From: Vulcanimicrobiota bacterium
GTDB taxonomy: Bacteria; Vulcanimicrobiota; Vulcanimicrobiia; Vulcanimicrobiales; Vulcanimicrobiaceae
Reading direction: 5' to 3'
Assembly (NCBI GenBank): GCA_003135555.1
Contig: PLCF01000027.1
Coordinates: forward strand, 6,116 to 70,115
DNA length: 64,000 bases
In this document: piece after piece, positions 23,402-33,088 of the stretch
Position numbering within the stretch: position 1 is the stretch's first letter
How the letters are laid out: the number at the start of each line of letters is the position of its first letter
The notes under the pieces: model-generated
Seen by the model: only the letters and a program-made list of their open reading frames with translations
Told to the model about the DNA's origin: nothing
Databases searched by the model: none
Translations under genes and position numbers: made by a program

Positions 23402-25815
23402 GCTGTCGGCGAGCGAAGTTCAAAAACGGTTACGCCGCCGCCTCCCTCGTCGGCGTGGCCGTAGCGTACGTTCTGCACGAAGGGATGCGCTTTGAGATAC
23501 TCTTGCAGGCCCTTGCCCAGCAGGCCGGTCCCTTTGCCGTGGATCAACCGCAGCGGCGAGTGACCGAGCATGATCGCGTCGTCGATCCAGCGCTCGACCA
23601 GCGGCTCCGCCTCGACGAAGCGCTTTCCGCGCACGTCGATCTCGGTCTGCGCCGTGGTCGCCGCCTCGAGCGTCGCGTGGTCGGCCTTAGCTTGGGAGTG
23701 GCGCGGGTTCCCGCTTGCGGCGCGCCGGCGCAGCTCGGCCTTGGGGACCGTCATGCGCATCGCGCCGATCTGCACGAGCGCATCGTCGCCGAGGTCCTCG
23801 AGCACCGTCCCGTCCTGGTCCCACGACGTCACGTGCACGCGGTCGCCGGCGGCGATCGTTTGGGGCGCCTCGTCGTCGCGCGTGCGGGCCGGGCGCTCCT
23901 CGAGACCCAGCTCGCGGTGCATCGCGTCGAGCGTCTGGGCGAGCAGATCCGCTTGGCCGTGCGTCACGCGCGGCGGGCGGGCGGGTCGTTCGCCGCTCTC
24001 GGCGGCACGGCGTTCCAATTCGGCACTGAAGCGGCGCAGGGCTTCGGCGAGCTGCCCGTCGGCCCGCTTCGCCAGCTCGCGGCGCTCGCGTTCGAGCGTC
24101 TCGGCACGGCGGCGCGCGTTGTCCTCGAGCGAGCGCAGGTGCTGGCGCTCGCGGTCGAGCTGCTCGCGCTCGCGCGTCGCGCGGATGCGTTCTTCGCCGA
24201 CCTCCGCGAGCGCGCGTTCGTAGTCGCGCTCCTGGCTCGACAGCAACGCTTCGGCCCGCGCCATCACCGCCGGATCGAGATGCATGCGCCGCGCCAACGG
24301 GAACGCGAGCGACTGTCCGGGCGAGCCGACGTCGAGCTGATAGGTCGGTTCGTAGGTCTCGGGGTCGAAGCGTACGCTGGCGTTGGCGACGTGCCGGTGG
24401 CCGGCGCCGAAGAGCTTGAGCTCCGTTGCATGGGTCGTGGCAACCACGCGCGCGCCGCGTTCGAGAAACCGCTCCAGCACCGCGACCGCGAGCGCCGCGC
24501 CGGCGTTGGGCTCGGTACCGCTCCCGATCTCGTCGATGAGGATGAGCGTGCGTTCGCCCGCGGCGTCGACGATCTCGGCCAGCCGGCGCAAATGGGCCGA
24601 GAAGGTCGAGGTGTCCTGGGCGATCGACTGCTCGTCGCCGATGTCGGTGTACACCCGCTCGAAGCGGCCGACGGTCGCCGCGGCCGCCGGAACGTGCATC
24701 CCGCAGGCCGTCATCGCGACCGCGAGTCCGACGAGCTTGAGCGCCACGGTCTTGCCGCCCATGTTCGGACCCGAGACGATCAATACGCGCGTCTCCTCGC
24801 CCAGGTGCACCGACTGCGGTACCGCGCGCTCGCCCAACAACGGATGCCGCCCGTCGACGATCTCGATGACCGCGGCTTCAACGAGCTCCGGCGCGACGGC
24901 GTCCATGCGCTGCGCGATCGCCGCCCGCGCCGCGGCCAGGTCGAGCTCGACGTAGAGGCCGACGTTGGTCGCGACTTGGGCGGCTTCGGCCCCGACGAGC
25001 GCCGACAGCTCCGCTAGGATGCGCGCGATCTCGACCTGTTCTTGCACGCGCAGGGCCCGCACGCGATTGTTCGCCTCGAGGCTCTCGAGCGGTTCGACGA
25101 ACAGCGTCTGACCCGACGAGCTGGTGTCGTGTACGATCCCTTGTACCTGTCCGGCGAACTCGGCCTTGACCGGGACGACGTAGCGGCCGTCGCGCACGGT
25201 CACGATGGCGTCCTGGATCGCGTTGGCGTAGCGCGAAGAGCGCACGATCGCCGCCGCCCGGTCGCGCGCATCGTCTTGAGCCTGTTGCGCGGCGCGGCGG
25301 ATGCGCGCCAAGGCGGGCGAGGCGCGGTCGAGCACGTTCGCGCGCTCGTCGATGGCGTCGAAGACGCGGTTGACGATCTGCGGCAACGCTCGAAACGGCG
25401 CGCAGCGCTCGCGCAACAGCACGACCTCGGTCTCCGCCTCGCGAACCGCGCGCACGGCGGCGGCGGAGGCCGCGAGGGCGTCGGCGATCGTGCGCAGGTC
25501 GCGCGCCGCGAGAGGAACTCCGCGTCCGGCGGTCGCGACCGCGTCGTCGACGTCCTCGATGCGCTGCATTGTGAACCCGCCGCCCTGGGCCAGGGCGCGC
25601 ATCTCCGAGGTCTCGCCGACGAGCCGGCGCACCAGCGCGAAATCGCTCGCCGGCTCGCACGCCAGCGCGCGCTCGTGCGCGCGGGTGGCGTGCGTCTGCC
25701 CCGCATACCGCTCGCGGATGCGCCCGAAGTCGAGAACCTCGAGCCCGCGCTCGTCGATCAGCGTCAGCCGCGTGCGTCCGTCTGGGTCGGGGCGCGCCGC
25801 TGGGCGGCGGCCCAA
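23398..25815 (-). CDS. mutS2: Endonuclease MutS2 (start codon uncertain)
   Basis: 'SGPNMGGKT', 'DIGDEQSI', 'STFSAH', 'DEIGSGT', C-terminal Smr 'IHGKGTG'. Confidence 0.95.
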   Translation of the reverse strand: MGRRPAARPDPDGRTRLTLIDERGLEVLDFGRIRERYAGQTHATRAHERALACEPASDFALVRRLVGETSEMRALAQGGGFTMQRIEDVDDAVATAGRGVPLAARDLRTIADALAASAAAVRAVREAETEVVLLRERCAPFRALPQIVNRVFDAIDERANVLDRASPALARIRRAAQQAQDDARDRAAAIVRSSRYANAIQDAIVTVRDGRYVVPVKAEFAGQVQGIVHDTSSSGQTLFVEPLESLEANNRVRALRVQEQVEIARILAELSALVGAEAAQVATNVGLYVELDLAAARAAIAQRMDAVAPELVEAAVIEIVDGRHPLLGERAVPQSVHLGEETRVLIVSGPNMGGKTVALKLVGLAVAMTACGMHVPAAAATVGRFERVYTDIGDEQSIAQDTSTFSAHLRRLAEIVDAAGERTLILIDEIGSGTEPNAGAALAVAVLERFLERGARVVATTHATELKLFGAGHRHVANASVRFDPETYEPTYQLDVGSPGQSLAFPLARRMHLDPAVMARAEALLSSQERDYERALAEVGEERIRATREREQLDRERQHLRSLEDNARRRAETLERERRELAKRADGQLAEALRRFSAELERRAAESGERPARPPRVTHGQADLLAQTLDAMHRELGLEERPARTRDDEAPQTIAAGDRVHVTSWDQDGTVLEDLGDDALVQIGAMRMTVPKAELRRRAASGNPRHSQAKADHATLEAATTAQTEIDVRGKRFVEAEPLVERWIDDAIMLGHSPLRLIHGKGTGLLGKGLQEYLKAHPFVQNVRYGHADEGGGGVTVFELRSPTA

Positions 25816-25833
25816 ACCTTGAAGATGTTCATC

Positions 25834-27327
25834 TCAGCGCAGCCTTTCTTTGAGGAGCTCTTGCGCCAGCGCCGGGTTCGCCTTGCCGCGCGACGCCTTC
25901 ATCACCGCGCCGGTGAGGAAGCCCAGCACGTTGGTTTTTCCGGCTTTGTAGTCGGCGACGACGGTCGGGTTCGCGGCGAGCACCTCGTCGACGATCGCCG
26001 CCACGGCACCGCGGTCGCTGACCTGCGCGAGCCCTTCGCGCTCGACGATCGCCTGCGCCGAGCCGCCGTCGTGCCAGAGCGTCTCGAGAACCTGCTTCGC
26101 CGCCTTCGAATTGATCGCGCCCGAGCCGGTCAGCGCGACCAGCTCGGCGAGCGCCTCGGGCGTCACCTTGCCGTCCGCGAGGGGCGTGCCGGTCTCATTC
26201 GCCAGCCGCGCCAAGTCGCCCAGCACGAAGGCGACGACGCCTTGCGCGTTGCCGCCCGCCGCACCGACGGCGCGATCGAACCAGGCCGCCAGCGCGTGAT
26301 CGTCGACCAGCTGCGTCGCGCGCTTCGAGTCGATCCCGTGCGCATCGACGTAGCGCACGTAGCGTTCGTACGGCGTCTCGACCAGCGTCGCGCGCACGCG
26401 TTCGACCGTCTCCGCGGTCACGTCGATCGGCACGAGATCGGGGTCGGGGAAGTAGCGGTAGTCGTGCGCCTCTTCCTTCGAGCGCTGGCTGTGCGTCGTT
26501 CCGGCGGTCTCATCCCAGCCGCGCGTCTCCTGGATCACGCGCCCGCCGCTCTCGACGACCGCGATCTGACGGGCGACCTCGCTCTGGATCGCGCGCCGCA
26601 CGCTGCGGAACGAGTTCATGTTCTTGATCTCGGCCTTGGTCCCGTACTCGGCCGCGCCGCGGCGGCGGATCGAGACGTTGGCGTCGCAACGCAGCGAGCC
26701 TTCTTCCATCTTCACGTCGCTCACGCCCAGCTCGCGAAACGTCCGCGCGAGCGTCTCGAGAAACGCCACCGCTTCGTCGGCGCTGCGCAGGTCGGGTTCG
26801 CCGACGCACTCCATGAGCGGCACGCCGGCCCGGTTGAAGTCGACCAGCGACGAGGTCGCGCCGGCGAGCCGCCCGTCGGCGCTGGCATGCGTGGACTTGC
26901 CGGTATCCTCTTCGAGGTGGATGCGCGTGAGGCGGCACTCGCCGCGCGTCCCGTCTTCGAGCCAATACTGCACCGCGCCGCCGACGGTGAGCGGCATGTC
27001 GAACTGCGAGATCTGATAATTCTTAGGCATGTCGGGATAGAAGTAGTTCTTGCGGTCGAACTTCGAGTGCGGCGGGATCGTCGCTCCGAACGCCAGCCCG
27101 GCCCGAATCATGTGCTCGATCGCGGTCGCATTAGGCACCGGCAGCGAACCCGGCAGCGCAAGACACACCGGGCACACGTTTGTGTTCGGCTCGCCGCCGA
27201 ACGCGTTGGGGCAGCCGCAAAACATCTTGCTCGCCGTCTTCAGCTCGACATGACACTCGATCCCGATAACCGCTTCCCAGTTTGAAAGGCGCTCCGCCCC
27301 GGGCTGCGCGTCCGCTGTGATTGACAC
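25834..27327 (-). CDS. gatB: Asp-tRNA(Asn)/Glu-tRNA(Gln) amidotransferase subunit B
   Basis: 'VIGIECHVEL', 'FDRKNYFYPD', 'LRCDANVS', 'DYRYFPDPDL'. Confidence 0.97.
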   Translation of the reverse strand: MSITADAQPGAERLSNWEAVIGIECHVELKTASKMFCGCPNAFGGEPNTNVCPVCLALPGSLPVPNATAIEHMIRAGLAFGATIPPHSKFDRKNYFYPDMPKNYQISQFDMPLTVGGAVQYWLEDGTRGECRLTRIHLEEDTGKSTHASADGRLAGATSSLVDFNRAGVPLMECVGEPDLRSADEAVAFLETLARTFRELGVSDVKMEEGSLRCDANVSIRRRGAAEYGTKAEIKNMNSFRSVRRAIQSEVARQIAVVESGGRVIQETRGWDETAGTTHSQRSKEEAHDYRYFPDPDLVPIDVTAETVERVRATLVETPYERYVRYVDAHGIDSKRATQLVDDHALAAWFDRAVGAAGGNAQGVVAFVLGDLARLANETGTPLADGKVTPEALAELVALTGSGAINSKAAKQVLETLWHDGGSAQAIVEREGLAQVSDRGAVAAIVDEVLAANPTVVADYKAGKTNVLGFLTGAVMKASRGKANPALAQELLKERLR

Positions 27328-27329
27328 GA

Positions 27330-27659
27330 TTAGCTTACGATCTCTTTCACAATGTCGGCCACGCGATCGACAACGTCGTCCGGGGCTCTCCCAGCGGGCA
27401 CCGCACGTCGCGCGCGCCAGTCGAGAGCTTTCAGTTGGTGCGCCAAAACGGAGCCCTTCACGGGCAACCCGGCCGGAAGACCCACTTCGAAGATGTTCCC
27501 TTTCGGCTTGGTCGTGATAGGCGCGACGAACGCCAGTCCGAAAACGTCGTTGAAGCGCGCGGGGGACAGCACGAGCGCCGGGCGGCGCTTCATCTGCTCG
27601 TGGCCGGCTTGCGGATCCAAGTTCAGCACGATGAGGTCGCCACGATCCGGCGTGGTCAT
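27330..27659 (-). CDS. mazF: Type II toxin, MazF/PemK endoribonuclease
   Basis: 'PDRGDLI.LNLDPQAGHEQ.KRRPALVLSP', 'APITT', 'LDWRAR'. Confidence 0.93.
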   Translation of the reverse strand: MTTPDRGDLIVLNLDPQAGHEQMKRRPALVLSPARFNDVFGLAFVAPITTKPKGNIFEVGLPAGLPVKGSVLAHQLKALDWRARRAVPAGRAPDDVVDRVADIVKEIVS

Positions 27660-27895
27660 TCAAAGACCTCGTTTCCAACTGCCGGTCCGGTTGCCCACTC
27701 ACCGTCGGGCTTCTCTTTCACCGTCTCCAGCCACGCGGCAAGGCGCGACCCATGCCGCCGTTCAACCGCCACGCCGCCTTCGATCCGGCGCAGCGTCACG
27801 ACGTCGCCCTCACGGAGGTCGAGGTCGCGGGCCAAAGCCGCCGGGAGGCGCACCGTAAGACTGTTGCCGTACCGGGCGATCTTCGTTTCAGTCAT
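27656..27895 (-). CDS. mazE: Type II antitoxin, MazE/AbrB family
   Basis: 'KIARYGNSLTVRLP', C-terminal 'EWATGPAVGNEVF'; overlaps toxin start. Confidence 0.9.
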   Translation of the reverse strand: MTETKIARYGNSLTVRLPAALARDLDLREGDVVTLRRIEGGVAVERRHGSRLAAWLETVKEKPDGEWATGPAVGNEVFE

Positions 27896-27896
27896 G

Positions 27897-27914
27897 GTAT
27901 ATCCGAAAGTATAC
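27897..27914. promoter_or_regulatory. Putative MazE operator palindrome
   Basis: AT-rich GTATA-N8-TATAC immediately upstream of the antitoxin ATG in a GC-rich context. Confidence 0.55.
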
Positions 27915-27946
27915 ACGCCCCGTTGGGTGCCCGGCAACCTTTGCCG

Positions 27947-29416
27947 TCATGCCGGAGGCGATAGCTTTTCGGCGTGGAGGGTGGCGCGTTCGTAGGCGTG
28001 GGCGATGCCCAGCAGGGCCGGCTCGGTGAACAGCGGGCTGGTCAGCTGGAGGCCCATCGGCATCGGGCGCGTGCCGTCTTCGGGGACGACGGCGCCGCAC
28101 GGCACCGAGAGCGACGGGAGCCCGGCCAGCGATCCCGGGATCGTGTAGTAGTCCATCAGATACATGGTCACCGGATCGCTCTTGGCGTCGAACTTGAACG
28201 CCGGCGACGACGCGGCCGGCGCCGCGATGACGTCGCAGCGCTCGAAGGCCCGGGCGAAGTCCTCGGCGATGCGGGTGCGCGCCTTCTGCGCCTTGAGGTA
28301 GTACGCGTCGTAGTACCCCGAAGACAGCGCGTACGTCCCGATCAGGATGCGCCGCTTGACCTCCGGGCCGAAGCCGGCGGCACGCGTGCGCTCGTACATC
28401 TCGCCCACGTCGGCCCCGTCGACCCGCAGGCCGTAGCGCACGCCGTCGAAGCGCGCCAGGTTGGACGAACACTCGGCCGGAGCGATGAGGTAGTACGTCG
28501 CCAGCCCGTACTCGGCGGTCGGCAGCGCGACCTCGACCAACTCGGCGCCGAGCCGTCCCAGGTCGGCGTAGGCGGCCTCGTAGCAGGCCCGGCTCGCCGC
28601 GTCGAGCTTGTCGAGGCCGAACTCCTTGACGATGCCCACCCGCACGCCGCGCAGGTCGTCGCGCAGGTTGCCCGCGGTGGGTTCGACGGGGCGGTCGACG
28701 CTGGTGGCGTCGAGCGGGTCCTTTCCGGCGATCGCGTCGTAGACCAACGCGGCGTCCTCGACGCTGCGGGCGAACGGCCCGATCTGGTCGAGCGAGGAGG
28801 CGAAGGCGATCAGCCCGTAGCGCGAGACCCGCCCGTAGGTCGGCTTGAACCCAACGACGTTGCAGAACGCCGCCGGCTCGCGGATCGATCCGCCCGTGTC
28901 GCTGCCCAGCGATAGCGTCGCCGCGAAACCGCCGACCGCGGCCGCGCTGCCGGCCGACGATCCGCCCGGGACGCGCTCGGGGTCGTACGGGTTGCGCGTC
29001 TTGCCGAAGGCCGAGTTCTCGCCCGACGAGCCCATGGCGAACTCATCGAGGTTGGTCTTGCCGACCGGCAGGGCACCCGCCGCGAGCAGCCGCTGGACCG
29101 CCGTCGCGGTGTACGGCGCCACAAAGCCCTCGAGGATCTTCGACCCCGCGGTCGTGCGCGTGCCGGTCAAGCACATGTTGTCTTTGATCGCGACCGGGAC
29201 GCCCGCCAGCGGCAGCGTCTGCCCGGCAGCGACACGCTCGTCGACCCAGCGCGCCTGGGCGCGCATGAGCTCGGGCGTGGGCTGGAGGTAGGCGCCCAGG
29301 CGAGCGTCGATCTCGGCCGCGCGGGGGATCACCGCTTCGGCGATTTCGGCGGCCGTCGTGGTACGCGCGTTTACCGCCCGCGCGATCGTGCGGGCGGAAT
29401 CGCGGTTGGCGTCCAT
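27947..29416 (-). CDS. gatA: Glu-tRNA(Gln) amidotransferase subunit A
   Basis: 'IKDN', 'GKTNLDEFAMGSS', 'PGGSSAGS', 'GSDTGGSIR'. Confidence 0.97.
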   Translation of the reverse strand: MDANRDSARTIARAVNARTTTAAEIAEAVIPRAAEIDARLGAYLQPTPELMRAQARWVDERVAAGQTLPLAGVPVAIKDNMCLTGTRTTAGSKILEGFVAPYTATAVQRLLAAGALPVGKTNLDEFAMGSSGENSAFGKTRNPYDPERVPGGSSAGSAAAVGGFAATLSLGSDTGGSIREPAAFCNVVGFKPTYGRVSRYGLIAFASSLDQIGPFARSVEDAALVYDAIAGKDPLDATSVDRPVEPTAGNLRDDLRGVRVGIVKEFGLDKLDAASRACYEAAYADLGRLGAELVEVALPTAEYGLATYYLIAPAECSSNLARFDGVRYGLRVDGADVGEMYERTRAAGFGPEVKRRILIGTYALSSGYYDAYYLKAQKARTRIAEDFARAFERCDVIAAPAASSPAFKFDAKSDPVTMYLMDYYTIPGSLAGLPSLSVPCGAVVPEDGTRPMPMGLQLTSPLFTEPALLGIAHAYERATLHAEKLSPPA

Positions 29417-29719
29417 CTAGCTTTCCCCGGCGATGATCCGCGGCACGCGGAAGTATGCGCCTTGCGCTTGAGGCGCGTTCGCCAGCGCTGCGTCGCGGGT
29501 CAGCATGGTCGCCGGCCGGACCTCGTCGGCGCGCTGCACGTTGCGCGAGGGGACGACCTGCGCGGTCGCCGCGACGTGCTCGGTATCGAGCTTGGCCAAG
29601 TCGTCGACGTGCGCCATCAAGTCCCCGAGCTGGGGGCCGAAGGTCGCGATCTCGTCGTCGGTGAGGGCCAGCCGCGCCAGCCGCGCGACATGGCGGATGT
29701 CGATCCGGTCGGTTGCCAT
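29417..29719 (-). CDS. gatC: Amidotransferase subunit C
   Basis: 'HVARLARL', 'LANAP', 'YFRVPRI'. Confidence 0.95.
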   Translation of the reverse strand: MATDRIDIRHVARLARLALTDDEIATFGPQLGDLMAHVDDLAKLDTEHVAATAQVVPSRNVQRADEVRPATMLTRDAALANAPQAQGAYFRVPRIIAGES

Positions 29720-29860
29720 TGAGCCGGTGCGGATTCGCGCCGGTTCGCCTCAGCTCCGTCCGTGCGGCAACTCCTTGCTAGGCATGGTACGCGGCGATAT
29801 GCGGCGTAAAGCTATCCGCTGGATGCGGGTTCCGTGCGTGGCTTCTGCTAGGGGTTGTCT

Positions 29861-32101
29861 GTGAAACGTCTCGGGATCTCGTCCGTTCTCGCCTGCGTGG
29901 CCGCGGCGTCGCTCGCGTCGTGCGGCGGCGGCGGTTCGCACGGCACCACGCTGCCTGGGCCCGTGCCCACAACGGCCGCGGCGGCTGACTACAACGGGCC
30001 GCTCGCCGACGCGACGTTCAAGATCACGATTCCGGTGCCGAAGACCAGCTCGCAGTCGAGGCGTCCGAACTACGTGTCGTCGTCGACGACCAAGATCGTG
30101 TTCACGTTGAACAGCGACACCGTCGGACTCTCGGGCGGCGCTCTTACGACCTTCAACACCACCAACCTCGGCGCGAAGGCCGTCACGTTGAACAGCGCGA
30201 CGTGCCCAGGGAGCGGGCCGTGGACCTGCACGCTCACGATCAAGCTTCCGCCGGGCACCGACAACGTCACGATTTCGGCGCAGGACGGCTCGAGCAACAT
30301 CCTCTCGCAGCAGATCACGAACTTCACCGTCGTCAAAGCGACGGCGAACTCGTTCAGCGTCATCCTCGACGCCAATGCGGCGACGTTCACCGTTACCGCT
30401 TCATCCGGATTCTGTGCCGGAGCGTTCACGGTCTCGAACGCGCAGACGGTCCCGACGGTCGGAACGACGCCGCTGACGTTCAATGCCGCATATACCGATC
30501 CCGCGACGAAGCCGATCATCGGACCCGGGCTTCCCGTTCTCACCGTCAACGGGCATACGGACGACAACAGCGGCGCCGGATATTCCGACCCCGGCAACCT
30601 CAACACGAAGGTCAATCAATCCACCCAAAGCTACACGCTGTTCATAACGACCGGCAGCGGCACCGCCAGCGTCGCCGTCACGTCCACGCATCCGGCCGGC
30701 GACGGCCTCTCGTTCAGCTACTCGCTCAACCACAGCATCCAGGCCGGGCCGGCGCCGCCGTCCGGCCTCCTCGCGGCGATCGAGCAGACGAATACCACGC
30801 CGGGCAGCGCGGCCGGACAAGTCGATTTGATCACGATGACCAATCCCGCCGATCCGACGGGCTTCGGCGCAACCGCGACGCTGTCGCCCACCGGCGGGCC
30901 GCCGAAGGACGTCGACAACCCGCAGGACCTCGCGTTCGATGGGAACGGCGATCTGCTGGTCGCCAACGGCGGTGCGGGAAGCCCTGACTTCGGAAACTTC
31001 GCGTGTATTCCGGCCGGCGCGATCACGACCGGCGCGAACGTCGCGACGATCATCACCTCGCATGCCGACGATCCGGTCTCATTAGCGCTCGGCACCGACA
31101 GCAGCGTCGCGCTGGCAAACCTGCCTGCCGCAGCACCGTTCCACCTGGTGGAGTACCTGCTGTCGGCGTCGTATGCCGAGGCGACGTCGACGCGCGAGAT
31201 CTCGAACACTGACGTCAGCGGGCTCGGTGCCCTGAAGGTCGTCGCGCTGCCCACGACGGGCGCGAATCCTGCGGGGACGTTCGCCGTCGGCATGTCGAGC
31301 GGCGCCAACCCGCCGCCCGCTTCTTCATGCGGCGATGGAACGACCGCCGGCGACGCATCGAGGGTCGTCATCAAGCATCCTGATGGAACGACGGCCACGA
31401 TCAACGACAACAATCAGACCGTCGTCGAGCCGCTGGTCGGCTACGACGCAAACGCCGGCGTGCTCGTCATCGCGGCGAGCGGCGCGTGCAACAACCTCAA
31501 CTCGATTAGCGGCAGCACCGCCTTCCTCGATACCTGGTCGGTCGGCGCGTCGCCCGCGCAGATCAGCTCGCAGGTGATCAACGACGCCGGCGGCAGCCCG
31601 GACAGCAGCAACTTCACGATTCCCGGCGGGGGCGCCGGCGGCGGCATAGCGGTTTCGGCGAGCGGCTACGTCGCGGTCGGCGGCGCGTCCTTTTATCCTG
31701 GTAGCAACATCCAAGGACCCGAGGTGTGGGTCTTCAAGCCGGGTGCGGGAACGCGCACGGTCGATGACGGCCCGATCCCGTTCAATGCCGTGACGACCGC
31801 GAGCGGCACGAAAACATACGCGTACGGCACGCCGGGGCAGATGTTCGTCACGTCGCTGCGCTTCCTGGGCACGAGCAACAAGCTGCTCATCGGCTTCCAG
31901 AGCAACAATGCGAGCTTCCAGGGCTTCTACCTATACGACGTCGCGAACACGAGCGTTCCCGGCCCCGCGACGACCGGGCAACCCTGTACGAATACAACGT
32001 GCTATGTCGGCGCGTCCCGTACGGCAGTCGGAAAGAGCCCGACGTTTGTCGCGTTCCACGCAACGACAAATCACCCGCTGGCCGCGGCGTATAAGCCGTA
32101 G
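29861..32101 (+). CDS. Large Thr/Ser/Gly-rich lipoprotein (Ig-like N-terminal half, probable beta-propeller C-terminal half), paralog A
   Basis: Lipobox LASC-GGGG; 'RRPNYVSSST' motif; NHL-like 'PQDLAFDGNGDLLVAN'; paralog of 35755. Confidence 0.8.
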   Translation: MKRLGISSVLACVAAASLASCGGGGSHGTTLPGPVPTTAAAADYNGPLADATFKITIPVPKTSSQSRRPNYVSSSTTKIVFTLNSDTVGLSGGALTTFNTTNLGAKAVTLNSATCPGSGPWTCTLTIKLPPGTDNVTISAQDGSSNILSQQITNFTVVKATANSFSVILDANAATFTVTASSGFCAGAFTVSNAQTVPTVGTTPLTFNAAYTDPATKPIIGPGLPVLTVNGHTDDNSGAGYSDPGNLNTKVNQSTQSYTLFITTGSGTASVAVTSTHPAGDGLSFSYSLNHSIQAGPAPPSGLLAAIEQTNTTPGSAAGQVDLITMTNPADPTGFGATATLSPTGGPPKDVDNPQDLAFDGNGDLLVANGGAGSPDFGNFACIPAGAITTGANVATIITSHADDPVSLALGTDSSVALANLPAAAPFHLVEYLLSASYAEATSTREISNTDVSGLGALKVVALPTTGANPAGTFAVGMSSGANPPPASSCGDGTTAGDASRVVIKHPDGTTATINDNNQTVVEPLVGYDANAGVLVIAASGACNNLNSISGSTAFLDTWSVGASPAQISSQVINDAGGSPDSSNFTIPGGGAGGGIAVSASGYVAVGGASFYPGSNIQGPEVWVFKPGAGTRTVDDGPIPFNAVTTASGTKTYAYGTPGQMFVTSLRFLGTSNKLLIGFQSNNASFQGFYLYDVANTSVPGPATTGQPCTNTTCYVGASRTAVGKSPTFVAFHATTNHPLAAAYKP

Positions 32102-32117
32102 CGAAAGAGAGGTCACG

Positions 32118-32206
32118 TTGAGTTCACCGTTTATCGGCGAGATTCGCATGTTTGGGGGTAACTTCGCGCCGAACGGGTGGGCGTTTTGCAACGGGGCGAT
32201 CGTGCC
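32118..32206 (+). pseudogene. N-terminal fragment of a phage tail-collar protein
   Basis: RBS plus TTG, 'SSPFIGEIRMFGGNFAPNGWAFCNGAIVP'; homology to 37901/38422/38992 ends after ~30 codons. Confidence 0.8.
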
Positions 32207-32716
32207 GATGACGCGGGGGGGAGCCCCGACAGCAGCGACTTCACCTACGGTGGCGGCGGCTCGGGCGGCGGTATCGCCGTCTCGTCGACCGGCTATGTCG
32301 CCGTGGGCGGCGTAGTCGCTGGCAATTCCGCCCAAGGCCCGCTGGTTCAGGTGTACGGGCCGGGGAGCGGGACACGTGCGCTCCAAGGTGCGTCAATCCC
32401 CTTCTACGGAACGACGACGTCCGGCGGAGCGACCATGGCGTACTGCACGGTGACGTGCTTCATCACGTCGCTGCGGTTCATTACGAGCCACAAACTGCTG
32501 ATCGGTTTCCAGACCGACAAGACGGCGCTTCAGGGCTTTTACCTCTACGACGTCACGAGCCTCAACACGCCGGGTTCGCCCGGCCAACCGGTGACCGCCA
32601 GCCAGCCGTGCAATCCGTGCTACGACCTGAACGGGAACGCGTTCGGCGCCGGTCCGGCGCAGCTCGGCTTCTTCCACACCACAAACCATCCGCTCGGCGC
32701 GGCGTTCCACCCGTAA
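32207..32716 (+). pseudogene. Orphan C-terminal fragment of a third large-lipoprotein paralog
   Basis: 'DAGGSPDSSDFT...GGIAVSSTGYVAVGG...ITSLRF...KLLIGFQ...QGFYLYDV...TTNHPLGAAFHP' matches the C-termini of 29861 and 35755; no own start or signal. Confidence 0.8.
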
Positions 32717-32738
32717 CGCGAAGCAGACGAGCTACAAC

Positions 32739-32902
32739 TAGGCGCCCGGCGCGCGATCTCGGCTCCCGTCGTGGTACGCGCGTTTACGGCCCGCGCGATC
32801 GTCGCCGGGCGGACCTCGTCCGGGCCGCCCGTTCGCCGCAGTTCCGTCCCTGCGGCAACTCCTGGCTAGTCGCGGGTACGCGACCATACTGAGCGTAAAG
32901 CT
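32739..32902. repeat. Collapsed relic duplicate of gatA 5' end, part of gatC and the gatC/lipoprotein intergenic region
   Basis: 32766-32802 = 29353-29389 (36/37); 32801-32820 = 29508-29527 (19/20); 32831-32869 = 29743-29781 (35/39); colinear order. Confidence 0.85.
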
Positions 32903-33088
32903 TTCCCCGCCGGATAGGGGACCGGCGCCCGTTTGCCGTATCGGATCGCTCACGGCTCAGGGGAGACTTCTCGGAGACTTCTCGCTTGGGCTGCGCTTCG
33001 TTTAGAGGAGCACGGGCGGTTTCCGTTCGTGGCGAAGCGCCCGCTCGACGCGGGGTGCCGTGCGCGGATATCTGTAGGGGTTTGCTCT

